64,000 nt of DNA from Oscillospiraceae bacterium (GCA_017516925.1 JAFXAQ010000043.1:242-64241), one strand, 5' to 3'. Counted from the stretch's first letter, positions 50,481 through 62,325 are shown. Notes: a model not told the origin generated them from the sequence alone. Translations and numbers: made by a program.

Positions 50481-51296
50481 TCAAACAGCGAATAAGTATA
50501 ATAAAAATGTTAGCAGCGCAGCGCCCCAGCTATAATAGGCAAATCCGGAAAATCCGACACGCACCATAACAAGGCGAACCAGCTTAATTGCGCAATAGCC
50601 TCCGGTAAAGCTGCCAGCTGCAGAAAGGATGTAGGTAAAAAAGCTTGACCAAAACGGAATACTGTCCACGGTGAACATTTGCAGCACATCCATAAAAGCA
50701 AATACAACCAATGCAGGCATACTCAGGTTGAGAGCCCAGTTAAGAGCTTGTTGCCGGTCTGCGCCCCTGGTAATGGCAAGACCGGTTTGACAACCGAGCC
50801 TGGATATACCTGTTATAGAACCTAAACCGCCGATAAAGCCAAGGAGAATGCTGTCCAGCTGGGACATAGAACGTGCATCCTTATTGCCCTGTAGCATCCG
50901 ACCGGGAACAAATAACAGCACACCGTTAATTAGAAGCATACCGGAGCAAATCAACAAATTTCCGTTTATGCCGCGAACAGTATACCAAAGGACAATCAGC
51001 CCGATTACCATTGGAAGCGTGGCTCCTTTAATGAGGCGCTTATCAATCATTTGTCTTGAAACATACTGATTGTGCGATTTTCTTCCACCTTGAACCTGCT
51101 GAAACATAGGCGTGCATGCATAATACAAAGCGAAAATCAAAGCGATGTGTACCACAAAGTTCCGAACAGGGTCATATTGCGAGACACCAAACAGAAGCAT
51201 TGCCAATTCCTGGTGGGCTTTGGAGGAGATAGGCAAAAATTCAGATATACCGGAAATCAGCCCATATACAATGCTTTCCAGCCAACTCATATTCAT
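50481..51296 (-). CDS. uppP: undecaprenyl-diphosphate phosphatase (BacA/UppP family, divergent)
   Basis: GISEFLPISSKAH, GISRLG, multi-TM. Confidence 0.8.
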   Translation of the reverse strand: MNMSWLESIVYGLISGISEFLPISSKAHQELAMLLFGVSQYDPVRNFVVHIALIFALYYACTPMFQQVQGGRKSHNQYVSRQMIDKRLIKGATLPMVIGLIVLWYTVRGINGNLLICSGMLLINGVLLFVPGRMLQGNKDARSMSQLDSILLGFIGGLGSITGISRLGCQTGLAITRGADRQQALNWALNLSMPALVVFAFMDVLQMFTVDSIPFWSSFFTYILSAAGSFTGGYCAIKLVRLVMVRVGFSGFAYYSWGAALLTFLLYLFAV

Positions 51297-51371
51297 ACCA
51301 TCCCCTCCTTTGCACATATTTTATTTATTTTAACATAAAAACCTTCAAATTTCCAGTACGATATCAAAATT

Positions 51372-52076
51372 TTAATGATTATATGCTTCTTTTTCCTTTT
51401 TGTTCTCGGCAATCATTTTGTGAAGCGCATCCAAAGCATCGCTCAATCCACCCAGATGGTCAATAAGACCGGAGGAAACAGCTTCCTTCCCGTAGAGGAT
51501 AGTACCTACATCTGTGGCCATTTCGCCTGTTGCCATCATATATTTTTCAAACTGTTTTTTTGAGATTCCAGAGTTCTCTGTTACAAAATCCGCTATTTGT
51601 TCCTGTATCCGCTGAAAATAACGGAATGTTTGCGGAGCGCCCACAACAAGTCCGGTCATACGAACCGGATGCACCGTCATACTGGCTGTAGGCGTAATAA
51701 AAGATTTTTTCGTACATACAGCCAAGGGAATGCCAATGGAATGTCCGCCCCCAAGTACCAATGACACAGTTGGCTTTTTCATTCCTGCCACCATCTCGGC
51801 GATTGCCAGACCTGCTTCAATATCACCACCAACAGTATTGAGCAACAGCAAAAGTCCGTCGGTTTCATCGCTTTCCTCAATGCCGGCCAAAAGCGGCAGC
51901 ACATGCTCATACTTCGTTGTTTTTGCATTTTCCGGAAGCACCTGATGGCCCTCAACCTGTCCGATAATTGTTAAGGTGTAAATATTGCCTTTTTCGCTTT
52001 TTGTGATATCAGATCCAAGTTCTACAATCTGCTCACGTTCTTCCTTTTTTGTCTCCGCATTGTTATTATTGTGCAT
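51372..52076 (-). CDS. tepA: ClpP-like translocation-enhancing protein TepA
   Basis: IIGQVEGH, TKYEHVLP, GGGHSIG; upstream of ftsK/spoIIIE. Confidence 0.85.
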   Translation of the reverse strand: MHNNNNAETKKEEREQIVELGSDITKSEKGNIYTLTIIGQVEGHQVLPENAKTTKYEHVLPLLAGIEESDETDGLLLLLNTVGGDIEAGLAIAEMVAGMKKPTVSLVLGGGHSIGIPLAVCTKKSFITPTASMTVHPVRMTGLVVGAPQTFRYFQRIQEQIADFVTENSGISKKQFEKYMMATGEMATDVGTILYGKEAVSSGLIDHLGGLSDALDALHKMIAENKKEKEAYNH

Positions 52077-52175
52077 ATTATTACCTCCCAGATAATATAG
52101 GCTAACCCATTTGCTGCAAATAATTCGTACTTGTCAAGTTCGTAATTATATCGTATAATACCAGCGGTGATGGTA

Positions 52176-52649
52176 ATGGCAACAAAGACAAATGCCGTGC
52201 GGCTTGCAGAGCAAGGCGGTTTCCCCTGCAGGGAAGTATTTTACGAATACGACGAGAATGATTTAAACGGGAACCATGCCGCTGCAGCAATAGGGCTTCC
52301 GCCGGAGCAGGTATTTAAGACGCTGGTAACCCGTGGTGCGCACACAGGCATTAACGTGTTTTGCATTCCTGTGTGTTGCGAGCTGGATCTTAAACTGGCT
52401 GCAAGAGCTGCCGGCGATAAAAAAATTGAAATGTTGCCGGTTAAAGAGCTGCTTGGCGTCACCGGATATATCAGGGGTGGTTGCAGTCCAATCGGTATGA
52501 AGAAAAAGTATCCCACGTACATTGATGAAACCTGCCAATTATTTGATGAGATTGCGGTTTCTGCCGGAGAGCGTGGACATCAGATGATACTGCCCTACGA
52601 AGCTATATTGACACTTGTTAATGCAAAAATTGCCGAAATTATCGCATAA
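52176..52649 (+). CDS. ybaK: Cys-tRNA(Pro) deacylase YbaK/EbsC
   Basis: KTNAVR, QVFKTLV, GYIRGGCSPIG, SAGERG. Confidence 0.92.
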   Translation: MATKTNAVRLAEQGGFPCREVFYEYDENDLNGNHAAAAIGLPPEQVFKTLVTRGAHTGINVFCIPVCCELDLKLAARAAGDKKIEMLPVKELLGVTGYIRGGCSPIGMKKKYPTYIDETCQLFDEIAVSAGERGHQMILPYEAILTLVNAKIAEIIA

Positions 52650-52663
52650 GGAGAGAAATTGAA

Positions 52664-52909
52664 ATGCAATATGAATATAAAACAAAAGGGACCTGTTCCC
52701 AGCGAATTCTATTTGAAATCGAGGACGGGAAAGTAAAAAACGTCCAGTTTATCGGTGGTTGTAACGGAAACCTCCAAGGTATCAGCAAGCTTGTGGAAGG
52801 TCGTGATGTGCTGGAGGTTATTGAAAAAATTGAGGGCATTCACTGCGGTGTGAAACCTACCTCCTGCCCTGACCAGCTGGCAAAAGCCCTGAAAGAAGCA
52901 ACAAAATAA
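52664..52909 (+). CDS. TSCPD-domain protein (TIGR03905-like)
   Basis: GTCS, GGCNGNLQG, TSCPDQLA. Confidence 0.9.
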   Translation: MQYEYKTKGTCSQRILFEIEDGKVKNVQFIGGCNGNLQGISKLVEGRDVLEVIEKIEGIHCGVKPTSCPDQLAKALKEATK

Positions 52910-52913
52910 AATT

Positions 52914-52947
52914 TGCCGTAGCGCTGTGTAGCGCTACGGCAGTTTTT
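52914..52947. terminator. terminator between convergent genes
   Basis: TGCCGTAGCGCT-GTGT-AGCGCTACGGCA then T run. Confidence 0.8.
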
Positions 52948-53530
52948 ATGCATTTACAGCAGATAAAATCAGGCTTACAAGCTCATCCCGTCCAGTGCCC
53001 TTTTCGGCAGAGAAAGGGATGATTGGACATTCCTCCGGAAGTTCCAAATCTTCACGAATGTTCTGCAGATTAGGCTCGATTTCGCTTTTTTTCAGCTTAT
53101 CCAATTTGTTAGCTACCACAACAAAAGGACAACCTGTTTCCAGGAACCAACGAGCCATCGTGATGTCATTTTGGGTTGGTGCGTGTCGAGAATCAACAAT
53201 AAACACACCGAGATCGATTCTGTCAGAAGCGAAATAGCTGTCCATCAACCTTCCCCAGCGATCCTTTTCCGCTTGAGAAACCTTGGCGTAGCCATAGCCG
53301 GGCAGGTCAACAAAATAACAGGTGTTATCAACCGTAAAATAGTTGACGTGGATGGTCTTACCGGGCTTCTCCCCTACTCTTGCAAAATTTTTCCTTTGCA
53401 AAATCCGGTTAATGACCGAGGACTTACCAACATTTGACTTTCCGGCAAACGCAATCTCCGGAAGCCTGTTCCCCGGAAAATCCTTAGGTGATGCTGCCGA
53501 AATCAGAAAATCAACCTTTTGAAAATTCAT
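52946..53530 (-). CDS. engB: ribosome biogenesis GTPase YsxC/EngB
   Basis: GKSNVGKSS, DLPGYG, NKLD; follows lon. Confidence 0.95.
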   Translation of the reverse strand: MNFQKVDFLISAASPKDFPGNRLPEIAFAGKSNVGKSSVINRILQRKNFARVGEKPGKTIHVNYFTVDNTCYFVDLPGYGYAKVSQAEKDRWGRLMDSYFASDRIDLGVFIVDSRHAPTQNDITMARWFLETGCPFVVVANKLDKLKKSEIEPNLQNIREDLELPEECPIIPFSAEKGTGRDELVSLILSAVNA

Positions 53531-53539
53531 AAGTTAACC

Positions 53540-55942
53540 TCACTGACGGATAACGGAATTCCGTTTTTTGATTTTAACATCCTCGGGAATATCCTGCAAA
53601 ATTGTGGGGATGGTTTCACTTTTGCGGTTGAGCGCTGTGGCCAGAACCGTGTCCACAGTTTGCGCAGTAACAAAATGCAAAGCATTACGCACAACAGGGT
53701 CAATGTCATTTAAATCCCGTTCATTATCCTTGGGGATAATCACCGTGGAGATGCCGTGACGTAATGCAGCCATTGTCTTCTCCTTGAGTCCGCCAATGGC
53801 GAGCACCCGACCACGCAGGGAGATTTCTCCTGTCATTGCTACATCTCGCCGAACAGTGTTACCAGTCAAAGCAGACACAATAGCGGTGCATACTGCGACA
53901 CCAGCAGAAGGACCGTCCTTAGGAACTGCACCCTCCGGGAAATGAACGTGAATGTCTTTAGTCTTATAAAAATTTGGTGCAATATCAAGCTTTTCAGAAT
54001 TTGCACGAATGTAGCTCAGGGCTGCATGTGCGGATTCCTTCATAACGTCACCCAAATTGCCGGTAAGCTCCAGTTTGCCGGAACCATCCATAACATTGAC
54101 TTCTACCTCAAGCGTTTCTCCACCAACTGAGGTCCAAGCCAATCCTGTAACCAAACCAACCTGATCTGCGCCGGGCAATCTGTCCGGTAAATACTTTCTT
54201 GTTCCGAGGAACTCTTCAATATTGCTGCCGGCGACAGATATCTTCTTAGGCGCATTCTCACCCACCAACATCATCGCAGCATTTCTGCAAATTTGCGCAA
54301 TTGAACGCTCCAAATTACGCACCCCGGATTCTCTTGTATAGCAACAGATGATCTCACGAATTGCCTCTGGAGCAATTCGAATCTGGGCTTTTCGCAGACC
54401 GTGCTTCTTCAACTGTTTGGGTATCAGGTGATCTGTAGCGATCGCAAGCTTTTCCTCGTCTGTATAAGAACTCAATTCGATGATTTCCATTCTGTCCAAA
54501 AGCGGTCTGGGAATGGTATCTGTGGTGTTGGCAGTGGTTATGAACATCACATCGCTCAAATCAAACGGAATTTCTAGATAATGATCCCGATATGTCTTGT
54601 TCTGTTCGCCATCCAACACCTCCAGCAAAGCGGCACTTGGGTCTCCACGATGGTCGGAACCCAGCTTGTCCACCTCGTCAAGAAGAAGCAATGGATTTAC
54701 GCTGCCCGCCTGAATGATTGCGGAAAGGATTCTTCCGGGCATTGCGCCCACGTAAGTTTTTCTGTGGCCACGGATATCTGCTTCATCATGGACACCACCC
54801 AAGGCAATACGAGCCATTTTTCGGTTCAGGCTTCTGGCAATAGAATAAGCAATGGAGGTCTTACCAACACCGGGAGGGCCGACGAGACAAAGTATTTGCG
54901 GCGGCATCTGGGGCGCAATCTGGCGCACAGCGATGGTCTGCAAAATGCGTTCCTTCACCTTTTGCATTCCAAAATGGTCCTTATTCAAAATTTTTTCGGC
55001 AGCAGCGACATCCAAACGTTCTTTTGTCTTTACATTCCAAGGAATATCAAGAACGGTATCCAGATAATTACGCAATACAGAAGCCTCAGCAGAGCCAAAG
55101 GGTTGCTTGCGTAATCTCTCCAAATCTCTTAAAAGCTTGTGCTCCGCATCCTGCTCCAGATTGAGCGTTAGAATTCCCTTTTCATACTCAGCAAATTCCG
55201 AATACTCGTCATCCTCGCCTAATTCCTCACGGATGGCCTTCATTTGCTCTCTGAGATAATAGTCTTTCTGATTCTGGTCGATGTGTGCACGTGTCTTTTG
55301 TTGAATGTTATTTTCCAAATGCAGCATCTGCACTTCTTGTCTCAGTAAGGTAAGCACCTTTTCAAGACGTTTTACTGGGTTCAGCTGGCACAAAAGTTTT
55401 GCCTTGTCCGGATAGTCTATGCCGGAATTTTGCGCAATGCAATCGGCCAGGAAGCCGCAGTTATCCGACGCAAGCATTTGCAGCTGGACAGCCTGCGCCT
55501 GATTTTCAACCATTTCTGCATAGTTTGTGTACAGGGATTTCGCTTCACGAGACAATGCTTTGGTTTTCAAGGATTCGGCATAGGTCGTCTCTAAAAGCTT
55601 TTCAACAGTACCGGACAAAAAAGGGACAACCTGATTAAGCTCCGCAATTCTTGCTCGATATAAGCCGGTAACTAAAACACGGATATTATCCCCGTGAGAC
55701 TTCAGTATCTGCTTGATTCGTACAACCGTACCAACAGGATACAATCCAATCAATCCGGGGTCGTCCTCCAAAATATCTTTCTGAGGCACCAACAGAAGTG
55801 TTTGATCATGCTTCATAGCATTTTCCAGCGCCAGCGCGGATTTTAATCTGCCAATATCAAAATGAACCGTCTGCTCCGGAAACACCGCCAAACCACGCAG
55901 CGCCAGAACAGGCATACGTCTTAATACCTTTTCCTCACTCAT
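53540..55942 (-). CDS. lon: ATP-dependent protease La
   Basis: [23 protein letters not shown]. Confidence 0.97.
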   Translation of the reverse strand: MSEEKVLRRMPVLALRGLAVFPEQTVHFDIGRLKSALALENAMKHDQTLLLVPQKDILEDDPGLIGLYPVGTVVRIKQILKSHGDNIRVLVTGLYRARIAELNQVVPFLSGTVEKLLETTYAESLKTKALSREAKSLYTNYAEMVENQAQAVQLQMLASDNCGFLADCIAQNSGIDYPDKAKLLCQLNPVKRLEKVLTLLRQEVQMLHLENNIQQKTRAHIDQNQKDYYLREQMKAIREELGEDDEYSEFAEYEKGILTLNLEQDAEHKLLRDLERLRKQPFGSAEASVLRNYLDTVLDIPWNVKTKERLDVAAAEKILNKDHFGMQKVKERILQTIAVRQIAPQMPPQILCLVGPPGVGKTSIAYSIARSLNRKMARIALGGVHDEADIRGHRKTYVGAMPGRILSAIIQAGSVNPLLLLDEVDKLGSDHRGDPSAALLEVLDGEQNKTYRDHYLEIPFDLSDVMFITTANTTDTIPRPLLDRMEIIELSSYTDEEKLAIATDHLIPKQLKKHGLRKAQIRIAPEAIREIICCYTRESGVRNLERSIAQICRNAAMMLVGENAPKKISVAGSNIEEFLGTRKYLPDRLPGADQVGLVTGLAWTSVGGETLEVEVNVMDGSGKLELTGNLGDVMKESAHAALSYIRANSEKLDIAPNFYKTKDIHVHFPEGAVPKDGPSAGVAVCTAIVSALTGNTVRRDVAMTGEISLRGRVLAIGGLKEKTMAALRHGISTVIIPKDNERDLNDIDPVVRNALHFVTAQTVDTVLATALNRKSETIPTILQDIPEDVKIKKRNSVIRQ

Positions 55943-55998
55943 AGGGTTCTCCTTCATACTATGGAACAAAAAGGGGGTAGCTCACTACCCCCTGCTGG

Positions 55999-57243
55999 TT
56001 AATTCTTTACACTAAGCGCTTCACGTGGCTTAGCTTTGCTGCGGACAATCTTTGGCTGACCGCCATTGACACATTCCGCTGTAATAATTACCTTGCGAAT
56101 GGACAGGTCCGACGGAATTGCAAACATAATTTTTGTCATAGTTTGCTCCATAACCGCACGAAGACCTCTGGCGCCTATTTGCCGATCAATCGCCTTCTGC
56201 GCTACAGCTTCCAAAGCGTCCTGTTCGATTTCCAACTCCACATTGTCCAACGCCAAAAGCTGTTGATATTGCTTTGTCAGCGCATTTTTCGGCTCAACCA
56301 ATATCCTGACAAGGTCTTCTTTCTTCAAGTCCTGCAGTGCTGTAATCACAGGCAGTCGACCTACCAGCTCCGGAATAATACCAAATTTCAGCAAATCGTG
56401 GGGCTGCACCTGAGAAAAGAGCTTGCCGATATTACTGTTTTTCTTGCTTTCCACAGGCGCATCAAAGCCAATGGCAGATCGGTCTGTTCTGGTTTCTATA
56501 ATTTTATCAAGACCGTCAAAGGCACCACCGCAAATGAACAAAATATTAGTAGTATCCACAGGGATTGTTTCCTGCTGCGGATGTTTTCTGCCACCTTGTG
56601 GTGGAACATTAGCGACAGTACCCTCCAGAATCTTCAACAGAGCCTGCTGAACGCCCTCGCCGGAAACATCACGGGTAATGGAAGTGTTTTCGCTTTTTCG
56701 GGCAATCTTATCCATCTCATCGATGTAAATGATACCGCGCTGCGCAAGCTCTACGTCAAAATCAGCAGCCTGCAGAAGACGAACCAGAATATTTTCAACG
56801 TCGTCACCCACATAACCGGCTTCTGTCAGCGTGGTGGCATCCGCAATGGCAAAGGGTACATTTAAGATTTTTGCCAGCGTTTGTGCAAATAGGGTTTTGC
56901 CGGAACCGGTGGGACCAATCAGGAGGATATTACTCTTCTGCAGTTCCACATCGGTATCCTGGGCAAGATATATTCTTTTATAATGGTTGTAGACAGCAAC
57001 AGAAAGCGCTATTTTTGCGTCTTCCTGACCGATAATGTAGCTGTCCATATATTTTTTCATTTCCATCGGCGTAGGCAGATGGTCTGGCATTTCCTTGTTC
57101 TGCGTATCCTGTTGCAGTAAATCGCAGCATGCCTGTACGCAGTCACTACAAATACAGACATCCGGACCGGCGATCAAGCGAGCTTGATCCTCCGGCTTGC
57201 CGCAAAAAGAACAGAACAATTTCTGCTCATCCATTTTTGCCAT
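55999..57243 (-). CDS. clpX: ATP-dependent Clp protease ATPase ClpX
   Basis: C4 Zn domain, [21 protein letters not shown] loop. Confidence 0.98.
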   Translation of the reverse strand: MAKMDEQKLFCSFCGKPEDQARLIAGPDVCICSDCVQACCDLLQQDTQNKEMPDHLPTPMEMKKYMDSYIIGQEDAKIALSVAVYNHYKRIYLAQDTDVELQKSNILLIGPTGSGKTLFAQTLAKILNVPFAIADATTLTEAGYVGDDVENILVRLLQAADFDVELAQRGIIYIDEMDKIARKSENTSITRDVSGEGVQQALLKILEGTVANVPPQGGRKHPQQETIPVDTTNILFICGGAFDGLDKIIETRTDRSAIGFDAPVESKKNSNIGKLFSQVQPHDLLKFGIIPELVGRLPVITALQDLKKEDLVRILVEPKNALTKQYQQLLALDNVELEIEQDALEAVAQKAIDRQIGARGLRAVMEQTMTKIMFAIPSDLSIRKVIITAECVNGGQPKIVRSKAKPREALSVKN

Positions 57244-57267
57244 GAACAGCTTCCACCTTTCAAATAC

Positions 57268-57852
57268 TTACCCATGGTGGGCAATTACACGGTCAATAAT
57301 ACCAAAATCATTTGCCTCCTGGGCTGTCATAAAGTTATCCCGCTCACAGGCCGCGGTAACTTCCTCTACGCTCTTACCGGTGTTCTCCGCAAGAATGGTA
57401 TTCATACGGGTTTTGATAGTCTCCAATCGCTTCATATGGATAGCCATATCCGTGATTTGACCTTGCGTGCCGGCCGAAGGCTGGTGAATCATAATTTCAG
57501 AATTGGGCAGCGCCATACGTTTTCCCTTGGTGCCGGCAGAAAGCAAGAATGCGCCCATAGATGCGGCCATACCCACACAAATAGTGGCTACGTCACACTT
57601 AATGTACTGCATTGTATCATAAATTGCCATACCGGCTGTCACACTGCCACCGGGGCTGTTGATATAGAACTGAATGTCCTTATCCGGGTCCTGTGCTTCC
57701 AGATACAGCATCTGGGCAACAATCAGGCTGGCAGTGGTATCATTGACTTCCTCTGACAGGAAAATAATCCGGTCATTCAGCAGACGTGAGAAAATATCGT
57801 AGCTTCGTTCACCACGACTGGTTTGCTCTACAACATAAGGGATAAAACTCAT
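57268..57852 (-). CDS. clpP: Clp protease proteolytic subunit
   Basis: [23 protein letters not shown]. Confidence 0.98.
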   Translation of the reverse strand: MSFIPYVVEQTSRGERSYDIFSRLLNDRIIFLSEEVNDTTASLIVAQMLYLEAQDPDKDIQFYINSPGGSVTAGMAIYDTMQYIKCDVATICVGMAASMGAFLLSAGTKGKRMALPNSEIMIHQPSAGTQGQITDMAIHMKRLETIKTRMNTILAENTGKSVEEVTAACERDNFMTAQEANDFGIIDRVIAHHG

Positions 57853-57904
57853 TGGTCATGTCTCCTTTCAGGGTTTAAAACATTCTAACCAAGCGTATGG
57901 AAAA

Positions 57905-59206
57905 TTATTCCTTGTCAGTTGTTTCTTCTTTCTTGGCTACCGCAACAGCAGAATCCACAATCACTTTGACGGCCTTACGGGTCTGCAGGCTTGCCTTAAC
58001 CTCTTCAACAGGAACCATTTCCTTGACCTTATCCAGTTCCAGATTGTACTGCTTAGCCATGGCCTCCAGCTCCTCGTTGATTTCCTCTTCGGAAACCTCG
58101 ATAGCCTCAATCTCGGCAATCTTGGATAAAGTAACATTGATCTTTGCCTGCTTCTCGGCAGCGGGGCGGAATGCGTTGCGCATAGTGTTCATATCGCCGC
58201 CCATCATCTTGGCATAAGCATCCATAGAGTAGCCACTCATCTGCAGCTGATAGCCAAAACGCTCCATCTGGTTATCCAGCTCAGCTTCAACCAGAGCCTT
58301 GGGCATATCTACAGTGGTGTTCTCAGCTGCCTTCTCTACGCAGGCCTGCTCGAAAGCATTGTTAATCTTCTTCTCCAGGTCTTCCTGAGCCTTTGCGCGG
58401 ATATCGTTCTTCAGTGCTTCCAGAGTGTCGAATTCGGAAACATCCTTGGCAAACTCATCGTCCTTGGCAGGAACATTGGTCACACTAACCTTGTTCACCT
58501 TAACATGGAACACAACAGCCTTACCGGCCAGGTCCTTGTGATAATCCTCAGGGAAAGTAATGTCGATATCCTTTTCCTCTCCGGCAGACATACCAACAAC
58601 CTGCTCCTCAAAACCGGGCACAAAGGAACCGGAACCCAGCTTCAGGTCGAAGTTATCACCCTTGCCACCATCAAAGGGAACACCGTTATCAAAGCCTTCA
58701 AAGTCGATATTTGCAGTGTCGCCCATTTCAGCAGCGCGCTCGACAGTTTCGGTGGAAGCCACATTCTGCGCCATACGGTCCAGCTCAGCCTCAACCTGCT
58801 CCTCGGACACAGAGGCTTCTTCCTTCTCTACCTCCAGACCCTTGTAATCGCCCAGAGTAACCTCGGGATAGACCTCGGTGGTCAAAGTCAGGGTCACAAT
58901 ACCCTCGTCGCTGATGTTCATATCGGTCAGGTTGGGACGGCCAACAGCCTTTACATCCTGATCAACCACTGCGGCTTTATAAATCTCGGGGAAAATCTCC
59001 TCCAGACCGTCTTCGTAGAAAACGTGAGCGCCGTACATAGCCTCGATCATCTTCCGAGGAGCCTTACCCTTACGGAAGCCAGGAAGCATAATGTTCTTAC
59101 GGGCCTTCATATATGCCTTCTGAACACCGGACTCCATCAATTCCTTGTCGATTTCCACAACAATTGTTGTTTCGTTACCTTTTCTTTCAATGCTCTTTAC
59201 GTTCAT
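57905..59206 (-). CDS. tig: trigger factor
   Basis: GFRKGKAP, FKBP domain (FVPGFEEQ, FPEDYH). Confidence 0.97.
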   Translation of the reverse strand: MNVKSIERKGNETTIVVEIDKELMESGVQKAYMKARKNIMLPGFRKGKAPRKMIEAMYGAHVFYEDGLEEIFPEIYKAAVVDQDVKAVGRPNLTDMNISDEGIVTLTLTTEVYPEVTLGDYKGLEVEKEEASVSEEQVEAELDRMAQNVASTETVERAAEMGDTANIDFEGFDNGVPFDGGKGDNFDLKLGSGSFVPGFEEQVVGMSAGEEKDIDITFPEDYHKDLAGKAVVFHVKVNKVSVTNVPAKDDEFAKDVSEFDTLEALKNDIRAKAQEDLEKKINNAFEQACVEKAAENTTVDMPKALVEAELDNQMERFGYQLQMSGYSMDAYAKMMGGDMNTMRNAFRPAAEKQAKINVTLSKIAEIEAIEVSEEEINEELEAMAKQYNLELDKVKEMVPVEEVKASLQTRKAVKVIVDSAVAVAKKEETTDKE

Positions 59207-59324
59207 TTTTCTGAAACCTCCAAATTATATCAGGTCAGGTATTCTGACCGTCTATTTACATTTTTTGCATCCGAAATATTCTAACAGAGAAAGTGAAAAA
59301 TGTCCACTGTTTTCTTAAAAAACT

Positions 59325-60014
59325 TTATAAAATTACTGGAAATGGCTGAAAATTCAGTTTATCAGCCGAAACAAGGCGATATTCCACCCCATCCCACAGT
59401 CCTTCCATAGCCAATCCGTGGCTTGCGCCGTGTAAGTGCCCGTAAAAACAGCGTCTGACATCATACTTCTTTAGTAGCTCCAAAATCTCTTCACATTCAT
59501 AGCCTTTGTATCTTGGCGGGTAGTGAAGAAAAACAATTTTCGGCGATTCTCCTGCAGATTGCAAGGATGCTTCCAGACGCAGTAATTCCCGCTTAAAGAC
59601 TTTTTCGTCATGCGTTCCGGAGCGTTCCTCCTCGAAAAACCAGCCGCGGGTGCCGCAAATGGCAAAACCATCATATTCATAATGATTATTATTTAAAATG
59701 AATTGGTTTGAAAAGCCGTTGTCATTGCAAAAACGATAGAATTTTGCAGCAGTGCTCCACCAATAGTCATGGTTTCCTTTAAGGATAATCTTTCTGCCGG
59801 GAATAGCGTCAATCCAGGCAAAATCATCTTTCGCTTCTTCCAGTCCCAAAGCCCAGGACAAATCTCCCAACAGCACCGTCGTATCATCCGGACCAATCAC
59901 GGACATCCCCTGCCTTAGCTTGTCCATATACCCTGACCAGGCGCCGCCGAATACATCCATCGGCTTTGGTGCGCCAAGGCAAAGGTGAAGATCGCCTATT
60001 GCATATAGTGCCAT
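59325..60014 (-). CDS. calcineurin-like metallophosphoesterase
   Basis: DLH, GD, GNHD, H, GHLH. Confidence 0.9.
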   Translation of the reverse strand: MALYAIGDLHLCLGAPKPMDVFGGAWSGYMDKLRQGMSVIGPDDTTVLLGDLSWALGLEEAKDDFAWIDAIPGRKIILKGNHDYWWSTAAKFYRFCNDNGFSNQFILNNNHYEYDGFAICGTRGWFFEEERSGTHDEKVFKRELLRLEASLQSAGESPKIVFLHYPPRYKGYECEEILELLKKYDVRRCFYGHLHGASHGLAMEGLWDGVEYRLVSADKLNFQPFPVIL

Positions 60015-60023
60015 AGTTTCTCC

Positions 60024-61034
60024 TTAGGAATTTAATAATTTCTGTAATGCTTCCTTTTTAAGACCTGTAGCACAGGAAATATCATCCGCATAGTGTAAAG
60101 GCGTTTCCTCAGAAAGCAAAAGCGTCAGCTTACTCTCCCCTGTCTTGGAGCGAAAATCCTGAATGCCGCCAAAGCAAAGCGCAGTTTCCGGGTCAATGAC
60201 GTAGCTGTTTGTGCGATAAACGCTGTTAACCGTTGTAAAAGCACGGTTTTCACCGGCTACTGTAACAAAGAAGCCGTTATTTAAAAGAGGGAGTTGTTCC
60301 TCGGTAACAGAGTAGGCATTTTTGTTCTGGCAGCAGGTCATAAACCGGACTGCTTCCTCCGGAGCAAACACAGCCGTGAGAAGCCTCTCCAAGCCCTCCT
60401 GAAGAGCTTTTGGGGTACCGGCAGGGTTATATATTCCCTTATGCAAAAAGTCCCAAACGGCACTATCCTCCACACCGGTGCAAATAATTGTTCCAATCGG
60501 AAGACCTAGCTTTCGGGCATACCAGGCAGCCATAGGCGCAGAAAAGTTGCCCTGTTGCACAGAAATATCAAATGTTGCGCCTTCAGAAAGCATACCATCC
60601 CGGAGCATCTCAGCGTAGATGCCGAATAACACTGCGACCCGTATACCAATACTCATCCAATTGGAAACCGTCGTTTTTCCGCAGCCTTCACAAATCCTTG
60701 CGGCCAGGCAACGAACAACATAGGCAAACTGCCCGTCCAGATTGCGCCACAATTCTGCCACAACAATTCTGTGGTTCATTTGCATAAAACGGATTGGATT
60801 TCTACCGATACAGAAATCTACATCCCATCCGGTTAAGCGGGCAGAGAAAAAGATATTCAAAACATCCGCAACCGCTTGAGAAAAGCCTTTATCCTTCAAT
60901 GCAGCAATTTCTTCACCGGAGAATTCCGGTAATGAAAACGGAATGTAGCGTCCACCATCCGGACCGTATTCTTCAAAAATCGCACGATGCGCCGTGAACG
61001 CATCTCGCTTATCACGGGTCGTTACATACAGCAT
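60024..61034 (-). CDS. degenerate threonine-synthase-like protein
   Basis: MLYVTTRD, DGGRYIP, GNFS..AAWYARKLGLPI, YVIDPETA are ThrC-like, but the FKD catalytic motif is absent and the protein is short (336 aa). Confidence 0.7.
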   Translation of the reverse strand: MLYVTTRDKRDAFTAHRAIFEEYGPDGGRYIPFSLPEFSGEEIAALKDKGFSQAVADVLNIFFSARLTGWDVDFCIGRNPIRFMQMNHRIVVAELWRNLDGQFAYVVRCLAARICEGCGKTTVSNWMSIGIRVAVLFGIYAEMLRDGMLSEGATFDISVQQGNFSAPMAAWYARKLGLPIGTIICTGVEDSAVWDFLHKGIYNPAGTPKALQEGLERLLTAVFAPEEAVRFMTCCQNKNAYSVTEEQLPLLNNGFFVTVAGENRAFTTVNSVYRTNSYVIDPETALCFGGIQDFRSKTGESKLTLLLSEETPLHYADDISCATGLKKEALQKLLNS

Positions 61035-61963
61035 TTCTTCATCACTCCCACTGCATTATTCCAGAAAATATTCATAACCGTATTGTTATCCAGACCACGC
61101 TGGATCAAATGTTGTGCAATCGCAGGATAAGACTGAATTCCTTCGACATTTTTGGGTAAGGAATCAATACCATCCAAGTCGCCTCCAAGAGAAATGTGGG
61201 TACCGGTTGGGTCAAGCTCAAGGAAGTGGAACACATGATCACAAACAGTATCCAATGTGGCATTTTCACCCAAAAAATCCGGATACAGATTGATGCCGGC
61301 TACGCCACCGGTCTTGCAAATTTCCAAAAACATCTCATCAGTCAGATTGCGCTTCACATTCCACATATGCCGACTATTGGAGTGGGTGGCAATGACAGGG
61401 GCATCTGTAATATCCATAATATCCCAGAAGCCTTCATCGCTGATATGACTCACATCAATCAGCATCCCAAGCCGTTGCGCTTCCCTAACATAGCTGGCGC
61501 CCATATCTGTTAAACCACCACCGGTAACGCAGGAGCCGGTTAGCGGATTCTTTTCGTTCCAACCCAATGAGGTAATTCGGAATCCTATCTTGTATAAATC
61601 CTCTAATATGGCGGGATCAAAACCAAAGCCAGCAGAGCCTTCAATCGTCAAAACTGCAGACATCATACCGTTATTGAGATTAGTCTCGATGTCTTCAGCT
61701 GTGTAAGCGAGTTGTATCATATCCTTGTTCTTTTCAATTTCACTTAGAATAGCAGACAGCTTCTTCTCAAAAATATCTGCAGGCTTATTTTTTGAACCCG
61801 TTGTCGTGAAACAAGCAAAGCATTGGGTGTAACCAGGTAGCTTCCCTGCTCTTTCAAGGTCAATATGCGCAGAATTGCGCCTGAGGTCAGAACAGGGCAC
61901 ACCGCCTAAGCCGATCAATTCGTTGGCAGTATCGCAATGCAAGTCAAATACTGGAAATTCCAT
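61022..61963 (-). CDS. membrane dipeptidase family (M19)
   Basis: DLHCDT, IEG, DVSH, ATHSN, RNLTD, GGDLDG. Confidence 0.92.
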   Translation of the reverse strand: MEFPVFDLHCDTANELIGLGGVPCSDLRRNSAHIDLERAGKLPGYTQCFACFTTTGSKNKPADIFEKKLSAILSEIEKNKDMIQLAYTAEDIETNLNNGMMSAVLTIEGSAGFGFDPAILEDLYKIGFRITSLGWNEKNPLTGSCVTGGGLTDMGASYVREAQRLGMLIDVSHISDEGFWDIMDITDAPVIATHSNSRHMWNVKRNLTDEMFLEICKTGGVAGINLYPDFLGENATLDTVCDHVFHFLELDPTGTHISLGGDLDGIDSLPKNVEGIQSYPAIAQHLIQRGLDNNTVMNIFWNNAVGVMKKCCM

Positions 61964-62325
61964 TAAAAAGCATCCTCCAAATGAAAAATATCCGGTTTCT
62001 TTGTGTCTGTACCGTTGGGCGCATAAATCTCAATAACATCAAAGCGTGGTTGTAGATTCGTTGGATACTCAGACAAATACATTTCCGCAGTGGTGCGGAT
62101 TCTCATCTGCTTGTGATAATCCACGTGCTCTAAGGCTTGTGCAAAATCCGCAGATTTTCGCAGTTTTACCTCCACGAATACCAGATATTTGGAATTGGCA
62201 ACAATCAAATCAATCTCTCCGAAACGGCAACGGTAATTTGCAGCGATTGTACGGTATCGTTTCTTCCTTAAGTATGCAGCAGCCAAGGCCTCTCCCCAGG
62301 CGCCAACCATATTATTCCGTCCCAT
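61963..62325 (-). CDS. YraN family protein (UPF0102)
   Basis: GEALA, GEIDLI, FVEVK, RFDVIE. Confidence 0.93.
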   Translation of the reverse strand: MGRNNMVGAWGEALAAAYLRKKRYRTIAANYRCRFGEIDLIVANSKYLVFVEVKLRKSADFAQALEHVDYHKQMRIRTTAEMYLSEYPTNLQPRFDVIEIYAPNGTDTKKPDIFHLEDAF

